A stretch of DNA of 64,000 nt, from assembly GCA_025558095.1 (NCBI GenBank), contig JAIVFI010000007.1:826791-890790 (forward strand), read 5' to 3'. Made by a program: the position numbers and the translations under genes. Below are positions 24,096 through 35,700 of the stretch, one piece after another. The stretch's first letter is position 1. Every line of letters begins with the position of its first letter. Source of the stretch: Hyaloraphidium curvatum SAG 235-1 (taxonomy: Eukaryota; Fungi; Monoblepharomycota). The notes under the pieces were generated by a model. It was not told where the DNA came from. It did not search any database and saw nothing but the letters and a program-made list of their open reading frames with translations.

Positions 24096-26521
24096 TCAAT
24101 AACGAGCCTGATCTTCCCAGATTCCGAGCTCTTCGTTCCACCTCATCCCGCCCTTGCGCTTCAGAAACTCGAAAGCCCCGACCGCGACGCCCACCGCCGG
24201 CACGAGCCGCACGACGCTGGTGCCCCAGCCCTTGTAGAAGCCGAGAAGGCCGTCCCGCTGCCACACCTGCTTCGCGCAGTCCCAGGTGGAGCTGTAGGAG
24301 AAGGGATGCAGCACGGTCTTTTGCGCCATCATCCTGGAGCGGACCAGCTGGAGCGGGTACAGCATGCTCTCGGCCAGCAGCGAGGTCACCATCGTCATGT
24401 ACTGGAACGGGAGTTGGTCAGCTCGTGCTTGATCGGAACGGCGGGAAGAGAATACGCACCAGGACTCGCGTCGGGGACGGTGGCACATAAGTGCCCTCCT
24501 CGCTCTCGTTGTCGTCGAAGTACCGGTTCTCCAGCACTTCGTAGGCCGCATCCGAAATGGCTGTAAATGGAGTGAGAAGGGGTGTCCCAAAGGTTGATGA
24601 CGGAAAAGTTCACTCACCGACATATGGCACCACTGACGCCAGACTCGCACCGAGGCCGGCATAGAATCCGCGCACCCCTTGGAACTGGTACACCTCCGAC
24701 GCGGCTTTCCAAAAGGTATTTGGCCGCGAGCGCGCGCCTCGCGCCTCCAGAAGCCGAGAGAGCCGGGTCTGTACCCGCTTGGCCTCAACAGCAGGATCCA
24801 CCGACGTCGAGAAGGATCGAGAGCCTCCGCCGGCTCTGCGGGGCCGATCGCGTCCGGGTCCGTCGCCGTCCTTGCCGACAGGAAACTTCGCCTTGTCGGC
24901 CGCCTCGGTCTTGGGAGCTGCTACTTTGGGCTTCGAGTTCGCGTTCGCCTTGTTCCCGCCATCCGAAGCCTTGGCGTCACCGGGCGGCGGTGGTCCTGCC
25001 TCCTTAGCCGGAGCAGTCTTCTTCACCTCCAAGCTCTTTATGGCCACGTTCTCGCCTTCGACGAGTCTCTCGACACCACTCATCATCCGCGTCCGGATCG
25101 TATCGAGCTGGGAAATGCCCAGTCAGCGGCGTGATGGGTTGACAAGGCGACGAGGGTACTGTACCGGGTGAACAAAGCACTGAGCCACCAGTCCGCTGAT
25201 CGACGTCGCGAGAAGCAGGCCTGATCGTGGCAGAGCGTAGTAATCCTCGATGCCTTGACGCTGGGCAATGTGATACCGCGCAAGCCCCAGCGACAACGTC
25301 CGAACCGCCGTCTCCAGCGGTAGCTTCACCAAAGCCGTCGTGTTTCCGCGGAACAAGCCCCGCACCAAGCCTCCGTCCTTTGAAATGTACCGTACGGCTT
25401 CCTGAAAGCGCCGATAAGTCAATGCCCGGCCTTGAGACGTCAAGAGAGATGGCTGCGCTGGCGGTTTCGGCGCCTCGGCTCCAGTCTTTTCGGCAGCAGC
25501 AGCCACCCTGGCCCGGCGCCGTGCACGCCGCTCCCGCCGGCCTCCCGCGTCCACCAACTGCGCGCCTCCCAGCTGCCAGTACACTCTGATCCGATCCAGA
25601 GGAGCCGTAAGAGTCCGGGCAATAGCGGTGCTGGCCATGGCCGCAGCAACGATGCGGCCCTGGAGCTCCTCGGCGCGCGATGCCGATAGGGGCAGATTGA
25701 TCATGTCCATCCCGAAAACCGAGTAGCTGAGCGAGTAGATGTTCTCCTGGTACTTATAGATCTTCAGAAGGCCTTCGGCATCCGCCGTCGCACCGGGTGG
25801 AGCAAGGAGGAAGTGATCACGGAACTCTTGGAAGGTCAGCTGGGCAAGTAGGTGAGCCGTCTCGATGGCGCGCGACGAAATTGCAGCTTACCAGGCCATC
25901 TTTGCCTTCCTTCCCCATGAGGCTGTTGATGAAGGCTTCCTCCTCCAGGAAGCTCAAGTCGAGCTCCTCGCGAAGAGCGTGCCGGAGTTCTTCCTTGGAG
26001 ACCTTGAAGTCGCCAGATATAGACGTGGTGTCACCTTCTTCACCATCTGGCCCGCCACTTCCCGAGTCCAGCATGGTGAAAAGGTTCCAGAGTTCCTGCT
26101 CCTTTGCCAATACGAACGCCTCAAACTCCTCGTAGTCGAGCAGACCTTTGTCCTCGTCTCTATCCGCAAACTCCATTATCTGGGCCGACAATGTCCGTGC
26201 CGTGGTACTCGTCCGTCGCTTCCGCTTTGCCTCGGCCTCGGCCTTCTCGTGGAGCTCCCCGGTATGCCCCTCGTCGTGGGCCAGGTCCGCGACAGACGAC
26301 CCGCTCCCCAGTCGCCGAAAGTAGTCCTCCAGCTCCGCAACATCGATCTTGCCGCTCCGATCGCGATCCATGGCATCGAAGAGCCTCTTGATCCGGGCCC
26401 GGTCCGACGCCAGGGAAAGCGATGGCGGCAGGGGGACCTTCGGCACGTCGGGCCGCTCCGGTTCCGGCGGCGCGGGAACAAAATCCGGCCGCACGCGAAT
26501 GTCGTTCGGCCTAGGATCCAT
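24096..26521 (-). CDS. Calcium-binding mitochondrial carrier (SCaMC/Sal1-type ATP-Mg/Pi carrier)
   Basis: EF-hand DRDRSGKIDVAEL; carrier repeats APLDRIRV, GLFRGN, GFYAGL, YPLQLVRSRM, GFYKG. Confidence 0.88.
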
Positions 26522-26913
26522 GGCGAAAGCTGTCCGTCGTCAAGCTCACGCAGGGTCCCCGATGCCGCCAGGGACTCGGGAGGAGACTGCCACGCGAATG
26601 GACGCGATGCGGGTGGCCGACGCAGAAGACGGGGTAACAGTTTCCCAAAGATGCCAAGCGGCGCGTAGAGTCTGTCCAGAATGGTGCGCACTGCGCGTTT
26701 GGAGCTCCGACCGAATCAGGGACCTGATCGGCGCCCGCTAAGGCGTTCCTCCATCGGCTCTCTAGGCCCCCGCCTTATGATAGCCCCGGAAGAGAGTCCG
26801 CACTTTAGCCGCGCACGCTCACCTCAGTCATCGCTCACACCGTCCGACGACAGTTGGCCGGGAGAAACCGTTGCGGACCGTTGCGACTGTGTATGGGATC
26901 CGGAGCCAGCACG

Positions 26914-27596
26914 ATGGCCAGCGCAGCTACGAAGGAGAAGGGTGCGCTTCGCCTCGAGCCGGTCCACGGGCGACCTTCTCACGGCCTCTCAAATCGCCCC
27001 TCTTGGTCGTCGTCCTCGGCCGAACACCGCTTTTTGGGCCTCTCGCCTATGTCTCTTCGACCTGGATCTGCTCTTGCCGGCCTGCCGACCGCTTTGTGTC
27101 GCCTACGTCTCGTCGGCCTGGATCTGCCCTTGCCGGCCTTCATTCGAAACAGTCGCCCAGCTCATCAAGGACAACAAGATCATGGTGTTCTCCAAGAGCT
27201 ACTGCCCGTACTGCGATACCGCCAAGTCGACGTTGAACAAGATGGGCCTCGACTACAAGCGGGTCGAGCTCGACGAGATCCGTGGGTCCCCCCGTTCCGG
27301 CGCCAGAGGAACTTGTACTTAACCACCCTTGGTGCTTCTCTTAGCCGACGGATCCCAGATCCAGGCGTATCTGCAGCAGATCACCGGCCAGCGGACCGTC
27401 CCCAACATCTTTGTCCGCGGTGGGTGTCGCTTTTGGCCTCCAGCGACTTTGGGAGCTGACGTCCGGCATTCTGACCTCAGAACGTCATGTCGGAGGCTGC
27501 GACGCAACTCTGGATGCCGTCCGCCGCGGCACCTTCCAGGCCCTGGTCGACGGCAAGTCGGACGCCGAGAGCGCCTTCAAGCTCGTTAAGCTCTGA
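26914..27596 (+). CDS. Dithiol glutaredoxin
   Basis: FSKSYCPYC, GQRTVPNIF, HVGGCD; 3 introns, the first about 210 nt. Confidence 0.93.
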
Positions 27597-27749
27597 GCTT
27601 CGCGGGGGGAATCGTTCAACGAACTCCCAAAACCCAACATGTAATCATTTCTTGATGCCATAGATGGATTCGCGTCTAGAAAAGACCGTACGGACAACGC
27701 CTCGAACGCCAAGCAACCACCAAACTCAGAGGCCCACTACCCTGCCTGC

Positions 27750-29134
27750 CTAGAAAGGCGCGTTGTGCCATCGCTCCCCTTCGGTCAAAGCGCCCTCCTT
27801 CTTCAGATCCCGCGTCACGATCGGAGGCTGCCCCGCGGGCACATCCGCCGCCAGGCCCCAGTCCTGTACAAACAGGCGAAAGTCAAGCTTCACCATCCGT
27901 TTCCCGTCTCGCAGCTGGATGAAGGGGTTATCCGCCTGATCGACGATCTTGATGGTCTGTCCTCTGCCATCCGAACCCATGATGGCCGAGTACGAGTTCG
28001 GGTTCGTGCGGGGGCCGGCGGGATTGACGGCGTGCGCGACGAAGCGGATCTTGGCCCAACGGAGGCGCTCGTCGGCAAGGAAGGGGCCTCCGAAGACTTG
28101 TCCGTTTTCAATCATAACTTCGAGTCGGAAGCGGAAAGGGCCAGCATAGAAATTTCGGAGAGCGATGGCTCTTCTGGCGAGCTGGGCGGCGTCGTTGCTG
28201 GGCGGTGGAACCTCCACGTAGAACTCGTCGTAGAAGGCGTGGCGCTGGCCCTTGACAGGGAGGGCAACGGGCCGGAGGCTCGCGAGCTCCTTCTCGTGGT
28301 TCACGAGCAACTCGTTCAGCAGCGCTAGGTGGCGGTCCTTGGCACTCGTCATGTGCCGCTTCATCATGCTGCGCTTGCACTCGAGGGATTCGTAGGTTTG
28401 AGCGGCGCAAGAAAGGTCAAGGTACCGGTTCCTACCTCATGGTCACAGCCTCGTGACTCGCAGGACAGGATTTCGTGGGGACAGACCTCGAAGTGGGCAT
28501 CCAGCAGGTCGCGGGTGACTTCGACACTGCACCCCTCGTTGTCGCAGGCAAGAACCGCCTTGGGGCAATCTTCGGCGTGTTCCTGCACGACGTCCCAATG
28601 ACTCGCTTTTCAGCAACGTCTCGAAGCCACGTTTTCGGAGACCTACTCACCTCAAGGGTATCGGGTGGCCGGACCACGGCACCACAGTCAGCGCACTTGC
28701 CTTTCTCGCACGAGTTGAAGTGCGTGTCGAGGTCCCCGACGTCGCCTTCCCAGGAGCACTCCAACGGGCACGGAATCAGAAGGTTCATGAGCGTCCGCCA
28801 CGCGAACTTGTCCTCCTGCAGATCCTGCACCGCAAATCAGATCCTTTCCGGCCGAACGCAACGGACGGATCCCGCCCACCTTGATTTGGGTGCGGGAGAA
28901 ACGCTGGGCGCACTCGGGGCAACTGTGCACCGCTGTCCCGGCCTGCTCGGCAAGTTGGACCACCCGCTCGAGGCACGCGCGGTCAAAGACATGCGAGCAC
29001 GGGAGCACGCGGGGTTCCTTGTAGGGCAGAGATAGTTCCAGACAGATCGCGCACTCGAACTGCTTCCGGCTCTTCTCGAGAAACGCTGTCTCGCGTTCCG
29101 GTCGTTTCCGGACGGAGCCCGCGGCGGTGGGCAT
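27750..29134 (-). CDS. RING / TRAF-type zinc-finger E3 ligase-like protein, copy 2 (full length)
   Basis: CAIC...PCSHVFDRAC...CPEC; several TRAF fingers (CDNEGC..H...CP), short coiled coil, FYAGPFRF MATH-like domain; paralogue of 17722-18771. Confidence 0.85.
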
Positions 29135-29657
29135 GCTGCTACCCGACACGCTTCCGAGGCTCGAGCGCCAATGACGATGCCCCCACGAACGCGGGCCGGT
29201 CCGGGAGTTCGTGAAGTCACGCGGTGATATCTGATGGGCCGCCCCGTCGCCGCGGCACGCCGGCAGCCGGCTCGCGGTGTCCGACATCGGAGCTGGTTCC
29301 CTTCCAATCGCTGATCTCTATACCGAACTGATCTAAAGCACTTTATACATCGCTCATCGTTCACTGCTGCTCCCTGGACGCGCCGCATTGTAAAGTCACG
29401 CATTGTAAAGTCACGGAATGTGCATGGGATGGTCCAGCAAGCTAACGTTCCCACGACATGGAGCCTGACAAAAGGGCCTTTAGACCCGACGTTCACGCTC
29501 TGCGAAAGCGTTTCGGCATTTGTGCCGTGACGGGCCGATGTCACTCGCCATGGGCACGGTCACGGACCTCCGAGCAACCGCCCCAAATGCCTCCTAGACC
29601 TCGCGATACGACAACGACATTGATTGACACGAAAGCACGAAACATACAAATCGGATC

Positions 29658-31206
29658 TTAGTACTCCCTGCTCGGCTCCCTCCTGGCCCTCTTGCGGCGC
29701 TCCTCCCCCTCGTCTTCCTCGCCATCCTCGCGGGCGGGCAGGAACTCGCCGTCGCTCTCCTCATCCTCGCTCGACTCCTCGACCCCGGGCTCCTCCGCGT
29801 CGCTACTGTTGGCGACTTCGTTGTGCCTCTCCGAGGAGGCCGCCCTGCGCCGCTTGGCCGCACCCGCTCCAGCAGGGTCGCTGGAGGTGTTGGGGGTGCC
29901 AGCCGCGGCCGACGGAGCCGCGGTGCGGATGACGCCGCGCTCCTCGAGAGATTCGCGGGCGGCTCGCTCGCGCTCGGTCTCCTGCGTGTCGGCGGCGGGA
30001 TCGTACCTCAGCCAGAGGCCGGGGAACGTGGCCTTGAACCTCGCGATGTAGATCTCCTGCTTCCTCTCGTCGGAGAGCGAGGCGTCACCCCGCAGGAGGC
30101 GCCACTTGTTCGAGATGGCGTTGCGCACAGCACCCCTGGCCCTAAGCTGGCGTAGCCTGACCTTTAGGGTTGCGGGGTCGTTGGCGTGCACCTCCCTCAG
30201 GACGCTTTCGATGATCTCGGTCGGGCCCCTGGCGAGCGTCTGGGTGGTGCTCTGGGGGCTACCATTGCTGAGGACTGGATCAGTTTCCCTGAGGATGGCG
30301 GGCGATCGGGTACTCAGGGTACTCACGACTGGGCGTCGTCGTCGTCGTCGCCAGTGAGATCCCACACGATGGCGGCCGAGGGGGACCTGCTCTCCCTGGC
30401 AGTCTGCTCGGGCTTGGACCGCGGCTCGGCGAGCTTGGCCGGCGGCGGCAGCGAGGGCGATCGGGAGTCGCGCTGGGCCCGGGCGGCGGGCTCGGAGCTG
30501 CGCTCCTCGATGACCGGGGGCTCTGAGGGCGCAGGCGAAATGCGCCGCTCCGGGACAACGGGCTCCGCGGGCGGAGTGACCGGCAAGGGAACGAGTGCGT
30601 CGACCTGGGCGGCAGGGTTGCCCTGGAGGAAGCTGTTGAAGCTGGCGGCCGTGGCGGCCATCATGTTGCGGAGGTTGGCGTTCTCGGCCTGCAAGGCGGC
30701 CGCTTCGACCCTGGCCCGGTCGACGTAGGCAGCAGCGGCGTGCTGAGTCTCATGGAGCCGGATCTCGAGCTCGCGGGCCTTGTTCTCGGAGTCGGTGTTG
30801 CTGGCGACGAGCCGGGCGTTCTCCGTGGCGAGCTGGGCGTTCTCCGCTTCCTTGACGGCGAGCTCCCCGCGGAGCCGATGGATCTGCGGGTCGGCATCAG
30901 CGTCGGGCTCCCACACCGGCGGCGGATTGCATTACCTCGGCCACGTCGGCGGGCCTGCCGTGGGCGACGATGTCTTCGGTGCGCTGGAACTGGACGCGGG
31001 CCTCGTGGAGCGCGGCCATAGCGGCGTCGAGCTGGGCCCCGGCGCCCCCGGCGGGCATGAGAGCGGGGCCGTGGGGCGTGTGCTGGACGGGCTGCGGGGG
31101 CTGCAGGGCGTTCATCTCGGCGGGAGTGCTGCGAGGAACGCCGGTTGAGAAGGCTGTCGCCGATGACCTGCCGGCCAACGCTGGCTCACCTGGGGGCGCC
31201 GTCCAT
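29658..31206 (-). CDS. Coiled-coil/SIM/NLS family paralogue 6
   Basis: Exon 31206-31190; intron 31189-31129 plus two more; IVWDLTGDDDDD, HANDPATL..LWLRYDP, RRKRARR. Confidence 0.8.
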
Positions 31207-31626
31207 GGTCGACGTCGACGTGGGCGGATGTGACGTTTTTGCTTGCTTGGCGTAGTTCGCTCCGTGTGATGGCACGGCGACAATGGACGGCGTTTTATCG
31301 TCGCGGGACGGCGGACACTCAGCCTTAGAGCTCACAGAATCCGATCACGCATCATCATCAATCATGCCCCCGATCCACAGCCAGTGCGTTGTCATCCAGC
31401 GGGCAGTGGATCCCGCTTCCCGCGATGCTGGGACGGCGAATGCCCAGAGCTCGAGCACCGGATGATGTTCGAGAGAGTTCTATGTTCATTGTACATCTGG
31501 CTTCTCCCGCCACTCCCGCAAAAAGCATTCTGTGACGCTTGCAGCCTCAACGTCTATAGCCCCAGGGAAATCCCCATGTGATCGCGACGAGTCCGGCTCG
31601 CCGATAACTCAACGGCCGCCGGCGGC

Positions 31627-32784
31627 TCAGAACAGCCCGGCCATCCTCAACCTGCTCTCAAAGTCCTCGTGGTTGATGTACGCCCCGCAAAGGGTCCTGT
31701 CCCCCGTGTAGGCGTCCCGCCCGTGGAGCACCCTCCAGTTGTCGAACAGCATCGCCTCGCCCGGCGCCAGCACGTGGCGCCACTGGTACTTGCGGTCGTT
31801 GGCGCGCAGGTCGAACTCGCGCAGGGCGGCGTAGAAGGCGATGTGCTCGTCGGCGGGGAGGAGGAAGGGGGCGCGGTCGTAGTTGTTGAACGAGACCTGG
31901 ATCAGCTGGCCGTCCGGGCCGTGCCGCAGGATCGGGCGCGAGGCCATGAGGTGCGAGCCGTCGCCGATGTACTGCCCCGGCACGTGCACCGTCGAAAGGG
32001 TGCGGTAGTGCTCCGGGTGTTCACGCTTGATGTCCTCGGCGATCCGGAAGGCGTCCACCATGGTCGACTCGCCGCCCGTGCCCTCGAAGCGGAGGCAGTG
32101 GAGGAGCTGCAGGCCGGGGGCATCGTGCGAGTAGGTGCCGTCGGTGTGGCCGCGGAGCTCGAGGTTGGTGTAGGCCGTGTCGGCCATCGAGTTGTCGGCG
32201 GTGAAGGTCCAGAAGCCGCCAAAGATGGTCTCCCTGATGTATGCCACCTTCTTGACCAGCTCCTCCGTGGCCTCGGCGGTGGGCGGCGTGCCGACGACCA
32301 GGGCAAAGCCGTACTGGGCGACCAGCTGGAGCCACTTGAGCACCCCGGCGTCCGAGGCCATGACCTCGGCGTACGGCACGGTGGGGGCCTTGAACGAGGC
32401 GGCGTCCCACAGCTGCTTCGGCAGCTCCACGCGGGCGCTGGCCTGCCTCGGCACGCGGAAGCGGCGCAGGAAGGCCAGGGGCAGCCTCGACGGCTTCTCC
32501 GGCTGGCCCCCGGCGGGCGTCTTCCACGCCACCTCGAGCTCCTCGCCGTCCCCGCCGGCGACGACCTTTGCCGCCTCGCCGACGAGGTCCGGCAGCTTCG
32601 CGGTGAACAGCTGGCGCTGGCCGGTGGCGGCGAGGTACGTCTCGGCGTCATGGGCATGGTCCCGAAGCCACACCCATGGGTACTCGGTCGCCACGCCGTC
32701 GGACCACGTGACGCGGAGCCGGTCGGCCTGCGGCTCGGCGGCCGCGATGGCGGGCTCAGAGGCGGTGGGCGGGTCGGAGGGCAT
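31627..32784 (-). CDS. Trimethyllysine dioxygenase / gamma-butyrobetaine hydroxylase family (TauD), intronless
   Basis: WVWLRDH N-domain, HTDGTY (HxD), GGESTMVD, FNNYDR, FDNWRVLHGR. Confidence 0.92.
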   Translation of the reverse strand: MPSDPPTASEPAIAAAEPQADRLRVTWSDGVATEYPWVWLRDHAHDAETYLAATGQRQLFTAKLPDLVGEAAKVVAGGDGEELEVAWKTPAGGQPEKPSRLPLAFLRRFRVPRQASARVELPKQLWDAASFKAPTVPYAEVMASDAGVLKWLQLVAQYGFALVVGTPPTAEATEELVKKVAYIRETIFGGFWTFTADNSMADTAYTNLELRGHTDGTYSHDAPGLQLLHCLRFEGTGGESTMVDAFRIAEDIKREHPEHYRTLSTVHVPGQYIGDGSHLMASRPILRHGPDGQLIQVSFNNYDRAPFLLPADEHIAFYAALREFDLRANDRKYQWRHVLAPGEAMLFDNWRVLHGRDAYTGDRTLCGAYINHEDFESRLRMAGLF

Positions 32785-33277
32785 CGTTGCTTCGGTTCGT
32801 TGAAAGTTCCGCCAGCGGCGGCCCCGGATTTATTGGCCGCCGCCGGCACAGCGGTCGGCCGGTCCCTCCATCCGACCTAGCACGGTCAAACCGTTCAAAG
32901 GGGGATCCAATTGCCGAACAAAGAGGTGAGATTGATGTTCGCCTGACCCGATCGATGATTTCCCGGAGGTCTTTGTCCCAAAGCTTCATGAGCACGCAGT
33001 AGAAGAGCTGATAATCTGCTCCAAGGCGACGATCATCTCCCGGAGGACAAAATCGACAGGCCACATCAATCATGTAGCTTCACATCACTGACTGAGTAGA
33101 TTTTGGAGGGACGATGCCTCGGAATCTTTGTGAAGCTGGTTGCGACGGCGGCAGCTCGGAGTCGATCGACTTGACCCCCTGCCTCAGGGACCACCCGATC
33201 CAAACACGCGAGCCATTGGCCCGCGAATCCCGCGGTGCGGCCGCCCAATACCCCGCATCTAGAGCGCGGCGGCCACC

Positions 33278-35542
33278 ATGGAGTCCATCGCGGCGTTTGT
33301 CCGCGAGGACATTGTCCCAAAGTGAGTGGGAGACGACTTTCGCGACCCTGATCCCCTGACCTCTCCCTCGATGGCAGCGCCTCGGCGGTGTTCCTGCCGC
33401 TCGCGCTGCTCGGGCTCGGCATCCTCCCGCAGAGCGTCAACCCGAAGCCCGAGATCGTCGGCACCGACACGCCGATCCTGCGCCGCAAATCCGCGCTCGA
33501 CAACGTGCTGCTCTTCGGCGTGCTGCGGCTCGCCGCCGACGTCGTGTGGCGGTCACCGTCGGCCGTGCGGTCGGGCACGCTGGTCGCGCTGGCCACGGCG
33601 GGCGTCGCGTACCCGCTGAGGAAGCAGGCCGAGGGCACGCCCCGGTTCGCGCGGCCGAGCAAGGCCTTCGGCACCTTCTGGCTCGCGTTTGCCGCCGTGC
33701 AGCTGGCCAGGGGCTGGGCGGGCGAGTCGTGGGCCGTCAGGGGGATCGGCATCGCGTGGGGGCTGGCGGCGGGGATCCTGGGTGTGCTCGAGGCCGTGGC
33801 GATGCCGCGCGAGGCAATCAAGGTGGGCCGACCGGGCTCCGTGTGCCGTGGATTTGGTCCAATCTTCTCGATTGCAGGACCCGGCGGCGCGGCCCGCGCC
33901 TTCCCGCGTCATGTCGATGCTGACCGAGAACATGGCGCGGGGACCGTTCCCCGAAGAGTCGGGCATACCGCGGCCAACGATCCAGACGCTCATGTTCTTC
34001 GACGAGGGCCTGCCGTCGCGGGACGAGATGGCGAAGCTCGTCGAGGCCTCGATCCTCAAGTTCTACCGCTTCAAATCCATCCCCGCCCTCGACAGCAAGG
34101 GGCGTTGGATCTGGCAGGAGGACCCCAACTTCTCGCTCGACGACCACCTCCTGGAGGAGACCGTGCCGGACCTGCCCGCGCTGCACAAGTTCGTCGAATC
34201 GCTCTTCGACGGCTCCGAGATCGACCCGGACAAGCCCAAGTGGCAGTTCTACCTGGTCAAGTTCGAGGGGACCGACAGGGGGGCGATCGTGATGAACGTG
34301 GACCACGTGCTCGGAGACGGGCTGAGCTTCGTCAGGCTGGCGCTCGAGATGGTCCGGGATGGTTGGTGGCGACCCTTGGCAGCTTCCACCCATCTCATTG
34401 CCTTGCCATTTCCAGAAAAGGGCGACACGATCGACTTTCTCAACCCCGCCGTCGCCTCCAAGGGCAAATCCGGTTCGGCCGCCAAGGACGCCAACGGCAA
34501 GAAGCCCACCAAGATCGTCAAGGGCATCCGCGGCGTCACGGGCGCCCTGTACCTCGGCTACTCCCTCCTCACCAGCCACGTCAAGGCGCTCGCGACGCAG
34601 CTCGGGCCGGGGGACACCAAGACCCTGATCAAGGACGAATACGCGCCCTACAGGTTCAACCAGACCCGGACGACGGTGTACCTGCCCATCATCAGCCTGG
34701 AGGCTGTGAAGAAGATGAAGGCGACGACCAAGGAGGGGTTCTCGGGGTACACAGTCAACGACGTGCTCACGGCCGTCCTCGCCGGTTGGTTTGTTCCACG
34801 CTGCCAACGCGACGCTGCTGATTACCGAACAGGCGCCTTCCGCCGATACCTCCTGTACCGCGAGGACCCCGTCCTCAAGTCGGACGAGTCTTCGAACGTG
34901 CAGGTCCGCGCCCTCCTCCCCTTCTCCTTCCCGCGCAACTTCTCCGACGACGACCTGCACAACCAATGTGGGTCCTCCGCCATCCCCGCTCGATCGACCC
35001 TCACCCACCTTTCCAGGGTGCTTCATCTCCATCCCCCTCCCCGTCGGCCTTGCGACCCCGGCAGAGCGGCTCAAGAGCGTCAACGCGACCATGACGGGGA
35101 TCAAAAAGTCGCCGGACCCGCTCGCGTTCATGAACGTGCAGCGCTTGGGCATGGGCGTGCTGCCAAAGGGGCAGGCGGCGCAGGCGGGCCTCGAGTCGAT
35201 GACCAAGCACACGATGGTGTTCACCAACGTCGGTAGCGGATGCGTGTCGGTCCCCCGACGGCGTTCTGACCCGTGGCCCCGCAGGTGCCGGCGATGCAGG
35301 AGTACGTCTACCTGGCGGGCAAGAAGGTCACCTCCATCTTCCCCGTCATCAGCAACATCGTGCCCCAGATCTCGGCGCTATCCTACGCCGGCCAGATCAC
35401 CATCAACATGGTCGTGGACCCCGAGATCATCGTCGACCACGAGAAGCTGAGCGACTTCTTCATGGAGGAGCTGGTCGAGGCGAAGGACCTCATGCTGGGC
35501 GAGGCGGGCAAGGACGTGGACGTGCTGTTCAAGAAGAACTAA
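33278..35542 (+). CDS. Wax ester synthase/DGAT (WS/DGAT) with N-terminal membrane region
   Basis: DPDKPKWQFY, DHVLGDG, TVNDVL, VFTNV-P, SALSYAG. Confidence 0.85.
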
Positions 35543-35700
35543 TCGAGAGAATGTATTGGGCGCAGAACTGGCCTGCTCTGTTTCAAACAGGAACCCGCAA
35601 TCTCCGCAAGAAACTCGATCCAATCTGTCACCTCCTCGAATGAGTTCATACGTAGGCGGAACAGCAGACAACGTACCTCACCAAAGATCCTGCGAATCAC

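Noticed and set aside
15568-31330. Inverted cassettes as TIRs of a large DNA transposon
   Set aside because: Copies are diverged genes, there is no transposase, and the interior genes are housekeeping
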